Shown: positions 46,735 through 56,030 of the stretch, in pieces
How the letters are laid out: each line of letters starts with the position of its first letter
How positions within the stretch are numbered: the stretch's first letter is position 1
Source of the DNA: an uncultured Planctomycetales bacterium
GTDB lineage: Bacteria > Planctomycetota > Phycisphaerae > UBA1845 > PWPN01
Assembly: GCA_964579675.1 (NCBI GenBank)
Contig: CAZOIA010000002.1
Location: 5,060 to 69,059 of the forward strand
Direction: 5' to 3'
DNA: 64,000 bases
The notes under the pieces: model-generated
Told to the model about the DNA's origin: nothing
The model's input: only the letters and a program-made list of their open reading frames with translations
Databases searched by the model: none
Made by a program: the position numbers and the translations under genes

Positions 46735-49700
46735 TCACCCACCGCCGAGCCGGTTGTCCTTTTTCGGAGAGCCACCGGAACTGCCGGCATAGAGGAGCCA
46801 GTAGGCCAAGGGGATTACAAACAGCGTAAAGACCGTTGATGCGAGCAGTCCGAAGATCAGGGCCCAGGCCAGGCCGGAGAAGATCGGGTCGATAGTGATC
46901 GGCACCGCTGCGAGCATCGCGGTGCCGGTCGTCAGGAGGATCGGCCGCAGCCGGACCACCCGGCTCTCCATGATCGCGTCAAACAACGACCGCCCCCGCG
47001 CCAGCGACAAGTGAATGAAATCCACGAGGATGATCGAATCGCGCGTGACAATTCCCGCCAGGGCGATCATGCCGATCATGCCCGTGGCAGTGAAGAAGAT
47101 GGGATCTGAGTAGGTACCGACGTGTCCGCCGGCGACGGCGTTCAGCAGCCAGAATCCGGGCATGATGCCGAGGATGGTGAGCGGGATGGCGAGCATGACC
47201 ACAACCGGCAGGGCAAACGAGCCCGTCTGGGCCACGAGCAGAACGAAGATTCCGAGCAGCGCCGCCCCGAACGCCAGGCCCAGGTCGCGAAACACGTCGA
47301 GGGTAATCTTCCACTCGCCTTCGCCGGCCAGGTCCACGCGGATACCGGGCGGGACGAACCATGCGATCCCGCTGCCGTTGGCGAAGAAGGTTCGACCCTT
47401 CACAGGCCGGGGGCCGACATCGGCGATCCAACCACTGCCGACTTGCCTGGCTGCCGGTATCTCAGGCCCCATCTTCTGATCGGCCAGAATGTCCACCACC
47501 GCATCTGCCGGTGGCCGTCCGGCCGTCTCCGCAAAGACATAGACCACCCGTTGAAGGTTCTTGTGGTAAATGGTCTTGTCCACGTGCGTTTCTTGCCACT
47601 GACCGATTTCCGCGAGCGGGACGAGCCCGCCGGTTCGCCCCTTCACGTGAATCTGCGACAATCCCTCCGGACTCGACCGAATGGCGCGCGGCAACCGCAG
47701 CTCGCACCGGAGCGGGTTGCGCTCACCGGCAACACGAACGGTGCCGAGCAACTTGCCGGCCAGGGCCATCTCGATGGTGTCGGCAACGTCGGCCACCGAG
47801 ACCCCGTTGAGGGCGGCCTTCTCTTTGTCTGTGACGAAGACCAGCTTGCGGGTGTCGGCTTCGAGGCTATCGTCCACATCGACGACGCCGGGCTCGGCCT
47901 CCATGCGTGCCCGCAGCACTTGGGCCGCGACAATCAGGTCCTTGTAAGCATGGTCAGGCCGGCCGTACACTTCCCCCACCAGTGACGATATCACCGGTGG
48001 TCCGGGCGGGGTCTCGACGATCTTGAGATTGGCATGCCCCCGGGCCGCGATCGCCATCAGGTCGTCGCGCAAACGCAGCCCGATGGTGTGACTCTGCTGC
48101 ACTCGAGCGTGCTTGCCCACGAAGTTGACCCGAATCTCGCCGACGTTGCCGCCACGCCGCAAGTAGTAGTGCCGGACCATCCCGTTGAAATCCATCGGCG
48201 AGGCGAGGCCCACGTACGCGGTGAAGTCGACGACCTCGGGTACGTTTCTCAGATAGTCCTCCATCTCGCGCGCGGCTGCGTCCGAGCGTTCCAGCGAGGT
48301 GCCCTCGTCAAAGTCGAGCACGAGGAGCAACTCGTTCTTGTTATCGAACGGCAACATCTTGAGCGGCACGTGGCGAGTGGCGGCCAGCCCTGCGCTCAGA
48401 ACGGTCAGGAGCCCCATGACCAGCAGGAAAGCCCACGCCGCCCAACGCTGGTGCAATAGCGGTGCCATCAACGGATAGAACAGCCGATACAGAAACGTAC
48501 GCTTGAGCGCGTCAAGGTCGCTCTCATCCTGGCGCTCGGGCCTCGGCTGAGAATCGCCGCCTGCCGTGCCGCTGGGGCCCTTGTTGTAGCTCCGATTCAG
48601 GACGTGATACGACAGCCAGGGCGTGATCGTGAACGCCACCAGCATCGACACGGCCATCGCCACGGGCACGTTCAGGGCCATCGGCCGCATGTAGGGACCC
48701 ATCATGCCGGTGATGAACGACATAGGCAGAAACGACACGATCACCGCCAACGTGGCGGTAATCAGCGGCGGGCGAATCTCCGCCACCGCATCGAGCACGA
48801 TGGCCCGCGACGCCTTACGTCGCAGCGCGAAGTGGCGAGAGATATTCTCCACGTCCACGATGGGATCATCCACCAGCAGTCCCAGCGACAGGATCAGGGC
48901 GAACAGCGTAACCCGGTTGATGGTGAAACCGGCCAGCATGTTGACGGTCAGCGTCAACCCGAACACGACGGGGACGGCCACCGCCACGATGACCGCCTCT
49001 CGCCAACCCAATCCGAGCACCAGCACCGCGATCACGAAGAGGACAGCTACGGCCAGAGCCTCGATCAGCTCGTTGACTTTCTCGTTGGCGGTCAGCCCAT
49101 AGTTGCGGGTGATGACCACTTCGATGTCATCGGGGATCACGTGGGTCCTGAGTTCCTCGCAGGCGGCGAGGATGTCCCGGGCCACCCAGACGGCGTTGGC
49201 GCCCTTCTTTTTGGCCAAGGCGATCGTGACGGCGGGCTGCGAAATCCCCTGTCCCGCCTCCCCGGCGGGTGGCCCGATCAGCGAGCCCACTACGTGCGGT
49301 TCCTCTTGGAAACCCCGAGCCGGTCCCCAACCGTGCCGGACGTAACTCGTAGCCTCGGCCGGGCCATCGACCACCTGGGCAACATCCCTCAGGAACACGG
49401 GACGATCGCCGAACACCCCTACCACCAGGTTGTCAAGCTCATCGGGCCGCGCGAGGGCCAAGCCGGCTTCAACACGGAAGCCCACGTCTTCGCGGGTGAA
49501 CTCCCCCGCCGTTCGCGTGACATTGGCCGCTTGAACCGCGCGCCTCAGCTCCAACGCAGAGATCCGGTGGGCTTGCATCCGCTGGGGATCGGGCCTGACG
49601 TAGACCGTTCGTGGTCGGCCGCCCACAACGTAGGCCCGCGACGTGTTCTGGACCGCGGCCAGGCGTTCAACCACCTCCTCACCCACCCGGCGAAGCACGT

Positions 49701-50232
49701 ACTCGTCCGAGGTCGGACTGGTCAGGGTAAGGGTGACGATCGGTACGTCGTCGATCTCGACCGGTTTGACCACCCAGCCGGCCACGCCCGGCGGGACGAT
49801 ATCAACGTGCTCTTCGATACGCTTGTACAGCTTGACCAGGCTGCGCTCGCGGTCTTCACCGACGTAGAACCGCGCGGTAATGATCGCCAGACCTTCGTGG
49901 GACATCGAGTAGACGTACTCGACGCCGTCGATCTGGTAGAGCAGCTTCTCCAGCGGCGTCGCGACAAGTTGCTCGACCTCGCCGGCGGAGTGTCCCGGGA
50001 AACGGACGTGCACATCCGCGAGGGGAACCACGATCTGCGGGTCTTCCTCGCGCGGCGTCACCAGCAGCGAGGTGATCCCCGACACCGCCGCCAGCAGAAT
50101 GAGGATGATGGAAAGGTGCGAGTCCAGAAACGCCCGGACGATCCGGTTGGTGAACTCGTGAGGTCGTGCCGTGCCCTCCGGGCTTTGCCCGGCGGACATG
50201 CGGGCCGAATCATCGCCGGGGCTGGGGGCCAT
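46735..50232 (-). CDS. RND efflux transporter permease (AcrB/CzcA superfamily)
   Basis: 1165-aa ORF with a 12-TM/two-large-loop architecture. N-terminus FTNRIVRAFLDSHLSIILILLAAVSGITSLLVTPREEDPQI, and the typical RND segment FALILSLGLLVDDPIVDVENI. Confidence 0.92.
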   Translation of the reverse strand: MAPSPGDDSARMSAGQSPEGTARPHEFTNRIVRAFLDSHLSIILILLAAVSGITSLLVTPREEDPQIVVPLADVHVRFPGHSAGEVEQLVATPLEKLLYQIDGVEYVYSMSHEGLAIITARFYVGEDRERSLVKLYKRIEEHVDIVPPGVAGWVVKPVEIDDVPIVTLTLTSPTSDEYVLRRVGEEVVERLAAVQNTSRAYVVGGRPRTVYVRPDPQRMQAHRISALELRRAVQAANVTRTAGEFTREDVGFRVEAGLALARPDELDNLVVGVFGDRPVFLRDVAQVVDGPAEATSYVRHGWGPARGFQEEPHVVGSLIGPPAGEAGQGISQPAVTIALAKKKGANAVWVARDILAACEELRTHVIPDDIEVVITRNYGLTANEKVNELIEALAVAVLFVIAVLVLGLGWREAVIVAVAVPVVFGLTLTVNMLAGFTINRVTLFALILSLGLLVDDPIVDVENISRHFALRRKASRAIVLDAVAEIRPPLITATLAVIVSFLPMSFITGMMGPYMRPMALNVPVAMAVSMLVAFTITPWLSYHVLNRSYNKGPSGTAGGDSQPRPERQDESDLDALKRTFLYRLFYPLMAPLLHQRWAAWAFLLVMGLLTVLSAGLAATRHVPLKMLPFDNKNELLLVLDFDEGTSLERSDAAAREMEDYLRNVPEVVDFTAYVGLASPMDFNGMVRHYYLRRGGNVGEIRVNFVGKHARVQQSHTIGLRLRDDLMAIAARGHANLKIVETPPGPPVISSLVGEVYGRPDHAYKDLIVAAQVLRARMEAEPGVVDVDDSLEADTRKLVFVTDKEKAALNGVSVADVADTIEMALAGKLLGTVRVAGERNPLRCELRLPRAIRSSPEGLSQIHVKGRTGGLVPLAEIGQWQETHVDKTIYHKNLQRVVYVFAETAGRPPADAVVDILADQKMGPEIPAARQVGSGWIADVGPRPVKGRTFFANGSGIAWFVPPGIRVDLAGEGEWKITLDVFRDLGLAFGAALLGIFVLLVAQTGSFALPVVVMLAIPLTILGIMPGFWLLNAVAGGHVGTYSDPIFFTATGMIGMIALAGIVTRDSIILVDFIHLSLARGRSLFDAIMESRVVRLRPILLTTGTAMLAAVPITIDPIFSGLAWALIFGLLASTVFTLFVIPLAYWLLYAGSSGGSPKKDNRLGGG

Positions 50233-50258
50233 GTTCAGATCCTCTCTGCGCTATCAAG

Positions 50259-51359
50259 TCAGACTCCGGCGGCGAGAGCCACGCGCTCCCCCTCGCGCAG
50301 ACCGGAGAGTACCTCCACGTTCTCTCCGAAGATGCGGCCCAGTTGCACGGCCCGACGGCGCAACACATCACGATCAGCTACTTCCACGATGTCAAGTTGT
50401 CCCACGCGGCGCACCGCCAAGCGCGGGATCACCAGGACTTTTTCCTCCTCCAGCGGGATCATGAGTCGCCCGAACATGCCTCCATAGACGCCGGGCGGAC
50501 AGGGCCCAGTCACCTTAACCGAGAAGGTCCGGCTGGCGGACTCCGCCTCCGGAACGATCTCGCTGATCTGCCCTTCGCAGGTCATCGCCAGAGCGTCCAC
50601 GCGAACCGGAACTCCCTGGCCGACCCGCAGCCGATGCGCCAGGGACTCACGAACCCGGGCGATCAGTTGCATCCGCGTCGGGTCGTAAAGCGCCACCAGG
50701 ACCTGGGCGGGTTTGACCGTGTCGCCCACTTCCACCTGCTTGTCGATCACGATGCCATCCATCGGGGAAGTAATGGTGGAGTAAGCGAGAATGGTTTCGG
50801 CCTCCTTGAGCATGTGATCGGCACGTTGCCACTCCGCCTCGGCGGACTTCAGGGACGTGGTGACGCGATCGAGTTCGATCCTGGCGGCGGAATCCTGCTG
50901 GAACAGCTTCTGAACACGGTCGTACTCAATCTTCGCCTGGTCGCGGGTAGCCTTGGCGGCCTCAAGGGCGGCGGCGGCCTGTTCCTTCCGTGCCTTGACG
51001 TCCGCATCATCCAGTTGAACGAGGACCTGACCCTTGCGGACCGGATCGCCTGCTTTGATCAGAACCGCGGCCACCTTGGCCAGGAGTTTGGACGCGACCG
51101 CCGCCTCGTGGACCGCACGAATGGTTCCGGCCGCGGTTTCCGTCCCGGGTACGCGGATTGTGCGGGCCTCGGCCAGGGGCAGGTCGCCCGCCGGGCGGCC
51201 GGCGGGTGCGGTGGTAGTCGGCGCGGGGGTGCCTACCTTCGGATGGAACACTCCCATGAGCCACATCATCATCACGACCACACCAGCGACCATGGCCACC
51301 GCCACAGCCACGCCTCGAATGACAAACCAGGAACGCGACGAAGCAATGGTTCGTTTCAT
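50259..51359 (-). CDS. RND periplasmic adaptor (HlyD/MFP family)
   Basis: N-terminal TM anchor, coiled-coil hairpin (QLDDADVKARKEQAAAALEAAKATRDQAKIEYDRVQKLF), and beta-barrel/lipoyl motifs. Lies 26 nt upstream of the RND gene. Confidence 0.88.
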   Translation of the reverse strand: MKRTIASSRSWFVIRGVAVAVAMVAGVVVMMMWLMGVFHPKVGTPAPTTTAPAGRPAGDLPLAEARTIRVPGTETAAGTIRAVHEAAVASKLLAKVAAVLIKAGDPVRKGQVLVQLDDADVKARKEQAAAALEAAKATRDQAKIEYDRVQKLFQQDSAARIELDRVTTSLKSAEAEWQRADHMLKEAETILAYSTITSPMDGIVIDKQVEVGDTVKPAQVLVALYDPTRMQLIARVRESLAHRLRVGQGVPVRVDALAMTCEGQISEIVPEAESASRTFSVKVTGPCPPGVYGGMFGRLMIPLEEEKVLVIPRLAVRRVGQLDIVEVADRDVLRRRAVQLGRIFGENVEVLSGLREGERVALAAGV

Positions 51360-51589
51360 GATGACGTCTCCCGTTTGTGCTCATACGTGGCCCGGCGCCT
51401 CGCCACCCCCGGCGGCGAGCTCCCGGACATCCCGCGAGTCCCCGGGCCGCCGATGCGGAGGGCGACGTATCAACGTTACTATGCCGTGCCAACTGTGGAT
51501 ACAGGCTCACGGGCCTCGCAAACCTCATGGGCATGTCGTCATTTGTCATAACACCTTGTGAGGCAAGTACTTGCGGACTTCCGGTCGGC

Positions 51590-51618
51590 TTGACCCCTGT
51601 GTACCCAGCGCCGATAAT
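51590..51618 (+). promoter_or_regulatory. Candidate sigma70 promoter heading the oxidative-stress gene island
   Basis: -35 TTGACC (51590-51595), exact 17-nt spacer, -10 GATAAT (51613-51618). About 150 nt upstream of the tpx ATG. Motif match only. Confidence 0.35.
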
Positions 51619-51770
51619 GACGGCTGTCCGGGCTGGCGCTGGTCGGCTCGCGATGTTGGCCGCCAGGACGTCCTTGGCAAGGAGGGTCTTCGGCATGCCA
51701 CACTTCTGAGAGCTTGCGAATCCGGGTGCCGAATGCGAAAAACGCGCCGGGACGAAAGGAGACGGTGCTG

Positions 51771-52286
51771 ATGATAGAGCGCGAGAACGCCGCGACATTC
51801 AAGGGAAGCCCGCTCACGCTCGTGGGGCCTGAGATCAAGGTGGGCGATCAGGCTCCCCACTTCAAACTGGTGGGTAGCAGCCTGGCCGACATCGACTGCG
51901 AGTCTTTCCATGGCAAGGTGCGGGTGCTGAGCGTCGCGCCGAGCATCGACACCCCGGTCTGCGCCACCCAGACACGCACGTTCAACCAGGAGGCGGCCAG
52001 CCTGTCGGAAGACGTGGTGATTCTGAGTGTGAGCCTCGACCTGCCCTTCGCCTTGGCGCGCTTCTGCGGCGCCGAAGGGATCGAGCACGTCATTACGGCC
52101 AGCGACTACAAGTACCGCACTTTTGGCGAGGCTTACGGCGTCTACATCCGCGAGTTGGGTCTGCTGACCCGCGCGGTGTTCGTCATTGACCGGGCGGACA
52201 AGATCGTGCACGCCGAGTACGTTCCCGAGATTACGAACGAGCCTGACTATGCGGCAGCGCTTGCGGCGGTGGAGGCGGCTCTGTAA
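51771..52286 (+). CDS. tpx: Thiol peroxidase Tpx (atypical 2-Cys peroxiredoxin)
   Basis: MIERENAATFKGSPLTLVGPEIKVGDQAPHFKLV..., SIDTPVCATQTRTFN (peroxidatic Cys) and LPFALARFCGAEGI (resolving Cys). AAAGGAG RBS. Confidence 0.9.
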   Translation: MIERENAATFKGSPLTLVGPEIKVGDQAPHFKLVGSSLADIDCESFHGKVRVLSVAPSIDTPVCATQTRTFNQEAASLSEDVVILSVSLDLPFALARFCGAEGIEHVITASDYKYRTFGEAYGVYIRELGLLTRAVFVIDRADKIVHAEYVPEITNEPDYAAALAAVEAAL

Positions 52287-52331
52287 GAAACCGGATTTGT
52301 CCATGGAACCCGTTGCGGAAAGGATCGAGAA

Positions 52332-52850
52332 ATGCTGAAGCCGAAGATACAGGATGCTTTCAACAGGCAAATCAACGCGGAGCTTTACTCCTCTTACCTC
52401 TACCTCTCAATGTCGGCGTACTTCGAGTCGATCAACCTCAAGGGAATGGCGAACTGGATGCGGATCCAGGCTGGCGAGGAGATGCAGCACGCGATGAAGT
52501 TCTACGATTCTATCAACGAGCGCGGCGGCAGGGTGCTCCTGACGCAAGTAGAGGGGCCGAAGACGGAATGGGACTCCCCGTTGGCGGCTTTCGACGAGAC
52601 TTGCCGGCACGAGGCTAAGGTCACTGGTCTGATCAATGACCTCGTGGACCTGGCCATCAAGGAGAAAGACCATGCGGCCAACGTCTTTCTGCAGTGGTTC
52701 GTCACGGAGCAGGTCGAGGAGGAGGCTACGGCCAAGGAGATTGCAGACAAGCTGAGGATTGCCGGCGACAACGCCGGCGTGCTGTTCATGATCGATCAGG
52801 AGCTGGGCCAGCGAACAACCGCCCCAGCGACGGCTACTGAGTCGGCATAG
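52332..52850 (+). CDS. ftn: Non-haem ferritin (FtnA-type)
   Basis: MLKPKIQDAFNRQINAELYSSYLYLSMSAYFE..., AGEEMQHAMKFYD and FLQWFVTEQVEEE carry the ferroxidase-centre residues. Confidence 0.9.
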   Translation: MLKPKIQDAFNRQINAELYSSYLYLSMSAYFESINLKGMANWMRIQAGEEMQHAMKFYDSINERGGRVLLTQVEGPKTEWDSPLAAFDETCRHEAKVTGLINDLVDLAIKEKDHAANVFLQWFVTEQVEEEATAKEIADKLRIAGDNAGVLFMIDQELGQRTTAPATATESA

Positions 52851-53100
52851 GCGGGCTTTCGGACTCGAACGGGTGGGCAAGGACGGCCCCCAGCTTCGAG
52901 ACGATGAGGTTATCCAGGACCGAAATGTGCGCTCACATTGCCGAGGGCAAGCGGGGTCAGTTTCGCGGCATCAGTGCGGGATGGCGCATGGGATTGGCGG
53001 CGCTTGGTAAGGCAGAAAATGGAGGTGCTCATTGCTCAAAGACGGAACTCGGGAATCACAAGAAGAGAATGTGTCCATCCAAGAGAAGGAGATAGGGACC

Positions 53101-54513
53101 ATGACACGCAGACGAACAGAAACCAGTCGCGCGTGGGCTGCGGTTACACTGTCGTTTCTCTTAATCGCAGCGGTCGGGCTTGCCTTCACCAGGGCGCTGG
53201 CGGAGAAGCCCTCCAGCTACTCCCCGGTCGTGATCAAGGAGGACTTCGAGGCGACGATGGCGCGGATGAAGGCGGCCAAGCCGGAGGTGATGAAACGACA
53301 GATGGATCTGCTGGCCGAGCGGTACGACCTGAGCGACCGGCCGGCAGAGGGGATTACGATGTCACGGGGCAAGGCGATCCAGCAAGGCGTGCGGGTTAAG
53401 CTTCCCCCCGGTGTGACCTGGCAGAAACTTGCGCAAATGGCGCCGGAGGAGATCCGCGAGAAAGGGCTCTTCCCCAAGGGTTTCCTTCCGCTGCCGCACC
53501 CGAACCACCCGGAGGGAGGCATGGTCTTCCCCCAACACCACATCGACGAAATCAAGCGGCAGGAGGGGCGCGATCTGACGCGTTTCGACCTCGACTACGA
53601 CTTACCCGCACATTTCCTCCCGGAGTTTCCGCCGCCGATTTATCTGACCACGCGCCCGGATCTGGGAGATGTGTCGCAAGGCAAGGTCGTGACGATCGAC
53701 AACTACTATGAGCTTTTCAACGGCATTCTGAACCCCAAGCAGATTGAAGGGCTTCGCCTGCTGGTGACGCCATTCCCGCAGCAGCAGTTCAACCAGACGG
53801 AGGACCGGCGCTCCGCCCGCCCCAGTCGGGGCGTAACCTGTTTTGATTGCCACGTTAACGGGCACACGAACGCCACGACGCATCTGGTTGGCGACATCCG
53901 GCCCCAGGAGTTTCGCCACGGTCTGGACACGCCTCCTCTGCGCGGGGTCAACATCCAGCGACTGTTCGGCTCGCAGCGAGCCTTAAAGAGCATTGAGGAC
54001 TTCACGGAGTTCGAGCAGCGAGCCGCCTATTTCGACGGCGACCCGGTGATCGGGACCAAGAAGGGCCTCAACATTCTCGAGCGAGCCAGTCAGGTCCATT
54101 TCATGGCCGAGATGGAGGAGTTGTTCGACTTTCCGCCCGCGCCGAAGCTGGACGTGTTCGGGAAGCTCGACCCGAGCAAGGCCACCGAGTCCGAATTGCG
54201 TGGGCAAGAGGTCTTCTTCGGCAAGAGCCGTTGCGCCGAGTGCCACCCCGCCCCGTACTATACCGATAACCTGATGCACAACCTTCGGACGGAGCGGTTC
54301 TTCAGGCCGCAGATGATCAACGGCCGGATGGCCGCGTGCGATGGCCCGATCAAGACGTTCCCGCTTCGCGGTATCAAGGACTCCCCGCCTTACCTGCACG
54401 ACAGGCGGCTGCTGACCCTGGAGGACACGGTAGAGTTCTTTAACCTGGTCACTGGAGTGAACCTGACCAACCAGGAAAAAAAGGATCTTGTGGCCTTTCT
54501 GCGCGGTCTGTAG
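53101..54513 (+). CDS. Di-haem cytochrome c peroxidase / MauG-family protein with ~250-aa N-terminal extension
   Basis: Signal/TM segment MTRRRTETSRAWAAVTLSFLLIAAVGLAFT. Two CxxCH motifs (CFDCH, CAECH) ~135 aa apart. C-terminal FPLRGIKDSPPYLHDRRLLTLEDTVEFF is typical of CCP. Confidence 0.8.
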   Translation: MTRRRTETSRAWAAVTLSFLLIAAVGLAFTRALAEKPSSYSPVVIKEDFEATMARMKAAKPEVMKRQMDLLAERYDLSDRPAEGITMSRGKAIQQGVRVKLPPGVTWQKLAQMAPEEIREKGLFPKGFLPLPHPNHPEGGMVFPQHHIDEIKRQEGRDLTRFDLDYDLPAHFLPEFPPPIYLTTRPDLGDVSQGKVVTIDNYYELFNGILNPKQIEGLRLLVTPFPQQQFNQTEDRRSARPSRGVTCFDCHVNGHTNATTHLVGDIRPQEFRHGLDTPPLRGVNIQRLFGSQRALKSIEDFTEFEQRAAYFDGDPVIGTKKGLNILERASQVHFMAEMEELFDFPPAPKLDVFGKLDPSKATESELRGQEVFFGKSRCAECHPAPYYTDNLMHNLRTERFFRPQMINGRMAACDGPIKTFPLRGIKDSPPYLHDRRLLTLEDTVEFFNLVTGVNLTNQEKKDLVAFLRGL

Positions 54514-54582
54514 GCCGTCGCCGCAGGGCGGCCGAAGGAATTGTGTGATTGTCCGACCGACGTGTAGAGAGGAGGAGTTGAC

Positions 54583-54891
54583 ATGCCTGAGTTCTGTTCT
54601 TCGTTTTCCGGTCTCGCGAATGACCGGAAGCTCACGAGTGAGGAGCTGATACGCGCGATCCGGTTCATGATCGCAGCCGAATACGAAGCGATTCAGCTTT
54701 ATATGCAGCTTGCCGAATCCACCGACAACGCCTTGGCCATTGAGGTGCTCAAGGACATAGCGGACGAAGAACGCGTGCATGCGGGCGAGTTCCTGCGTCT
54801 TTTGAACGAACTGGCGCCCGACGAAGAGCGGTTCTATGCCGAAGGCGCGAAAGAGGTCCAAGAGGAAATCGAAGATATGAAGAAGAGTTGA
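54583..54891 (+). CDS. Small ferritin-like (rubrerythrin-superfamily, EncFtn/Flp-type) protein
   Basis: 102 aa. Two-helix di-iron half-site pattern AAEYEAIQLY...IADEERVHAGEF (E...ExxH). GAGGAGG RBS. No C-terminal encapsulin targeting peptide is evident. Family call by eye. Confidence 0.7.
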   Translation: MPEFCSSFSGLANDRKLTSEELIRAIRFMIAAEYEAIQLYMQLAESTDNALAIEVLKDIADEERVHAGEFLRLLNELAPDEERFYAEGAKEVQEEIEDMKKS

Positions 54892-54897
54892 TCGGAG

Positions 54898-55071
54898 TTG
54901 CGGTGGGAAACACCGGATTTCGCGGCCCGGGCGGTCATGCCGGACCACCGTGTCGCGGAGTTGAAGCTTTCGCCGTACCGTGGCAAGTATGTGATCCTGT
55001 TCTTCTATCGCTTGGACTTCACGTTCGTGTGCCCATCGGAGATCATCGCCTTCGACGAGGGACTGAAGTAA
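54898..55071 (+). pseudogene. 5' stub of a typical 2-Cys peroxiredoxin (AhpC/Prx1) gene
   Basis: Translation [57 protein letters not shown]. This matches only the first ~55 residues of Prx, including the peroxidatic-Cys motif DFTFVCPSE. It terminates at TAA 55069-55071, 14 nt before the hemerythrin ATG. Confidence 0.7.
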
Positions 55072-55085
55072 TGGCAGGAGGATAA

Positions 55086-55523
55086 ATGGCTTTCTTCGAA
55101 TGGGACCATCGTTTCAGCGTTCGCGTTGCGGAAATCGACCGCCAACACCAGCGGTTGATTGACCTTATTAACCAGTTGTATGAGGCCATGAACCAAGGCA
55201 ACGACTCGAACACATTGACATCCGCAGTCAATGAGCTGGACACCATGACCTCCGTGCTGGATGAGCTGATCGACTACTCGAGGTACCACTTCTCGACGGA
55301 AGAAAAGTACATGCTCGAATACGCGTATCCCGAATATGACAAGCACAAGGGACAACACGATCACTTTGCCGACAAAGTCAGAACGCTCAGACAGGATTTC
55401 GACGAGGGTAAAGCGCTCTTGTCCATGGAGATCATGCAGTTTCTTCGCGACTGGTGGAAGGAACACATCCTGGGTACGGACAAGAGGTTTGGTCCCTTTT
55501 TCAACGAGAAGGGTCTTACTTGA
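55086..55523 (+). CDS. Bacteriohemerythrin
   Basis: [29 protein letters not shown]..., [17 protein letters not shown] and [13 protein letters not shown] give the complete His/Glu/Asp di-iron ligand set. AGGAGGA RBS. Confidence 0.9.
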   Translation: MAFFEWDHRFSVRVAEIDRQHQRLIDLINQLYEAMNQGNDSNTLTSAVNELDTMTSVLDELIDYSRYHFSTEEKYMLEYAYPEYDKHKGQHDHFADKVRTLRQDFDEGKALLSMEIMQFLRDWWKEHILGTDKRFGPFFNEKGLT

Positions 55524-55588
55524 GAAAACCGTTGGCGGTGATGCTATCCAGCAACGAAAGGAAGCAAAAGAAAGTAGAGGAACAAAAG

Positions 55589-55969
55589 ATGGCGACCGAA
55601 CGATTGCAGGTTTACAAGTGTCCGATTTGTGGGAACATGGTCGAGATGATCCGGGCGGGGGCGGGCGAACTCGTCTGCTGCGGTCAGCCGATGATGTTAC
55701 TGACCGAGAATACGACCGACGCGGCGCGGGAGAAGCACGTCCCAGTCATCGAGAAGGTTGAAGGCGGCGTCAAGGTGAAAGTGGGTTCCGCCCCCCACCC
55801 GATGGAAAGTAAGCATTACATCGAGTGGATCGAGGCCATCGCCGACGGCAAGGCGTACCGCCAGTTTCTCAAACCGGGCGATGCGCCGGAAGCCGTTTTC
55901 CCGCTTCAGACTGCCCACGTCACCGCCCGCGAGTTCTGCAACATCCATGGGTTGTGGAAAGGTGAATGA
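55589..55969 (+). CDS. dfx: Desulfoferrodoxin (2Fe superoxide reductase)
   Basis: [35 protein letters not shown] (desulforedoxin-like centre I). [20 protein letters not shown] and FCNIHGLW (centre II). ATG 55589. Confidence 0.9.
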   Translation: MATERLQVYKCPICGNMVEMIRAGAGELVCCGQPMMLLTENTTDAAREKHVPVIEKVEGGVKVKVGSAPHPMESKHYIEWIEAIADGKAYRQFLKPGDAPEAVFPLQTAHVTAREFCNIHGLWKGE

Positions 55970-56030
55970 CGCGCGAGCAGCTCAGGTATGTTTGCCAGAG
56001 AAGCCAGCGCAAGTCAAAAGGAGATCCGGA

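Noticed and set aside
54889-54891. TGA read-through or selenocysteine fusing the ferritin-like protein to the peroxiredoxin fragment.
   Set aside because: The downstream frame encodes only a truncated Prx with an early TAA. No SECIS-like hairpin follows the TGA. Sec is not known at this position of either family. Gene decay is the simpler explanation.
54583-55523. An encapsulin nanocompartment system (ferritin-like cargo plus hemerythrin cargo).
   Set aside because: No HK97-fold shell gene exists anywhere in the window, and neither candidate cargo has a recognisable C-terminal targeting peptide. It is retained only as a question about a shell encoded elsewhere.
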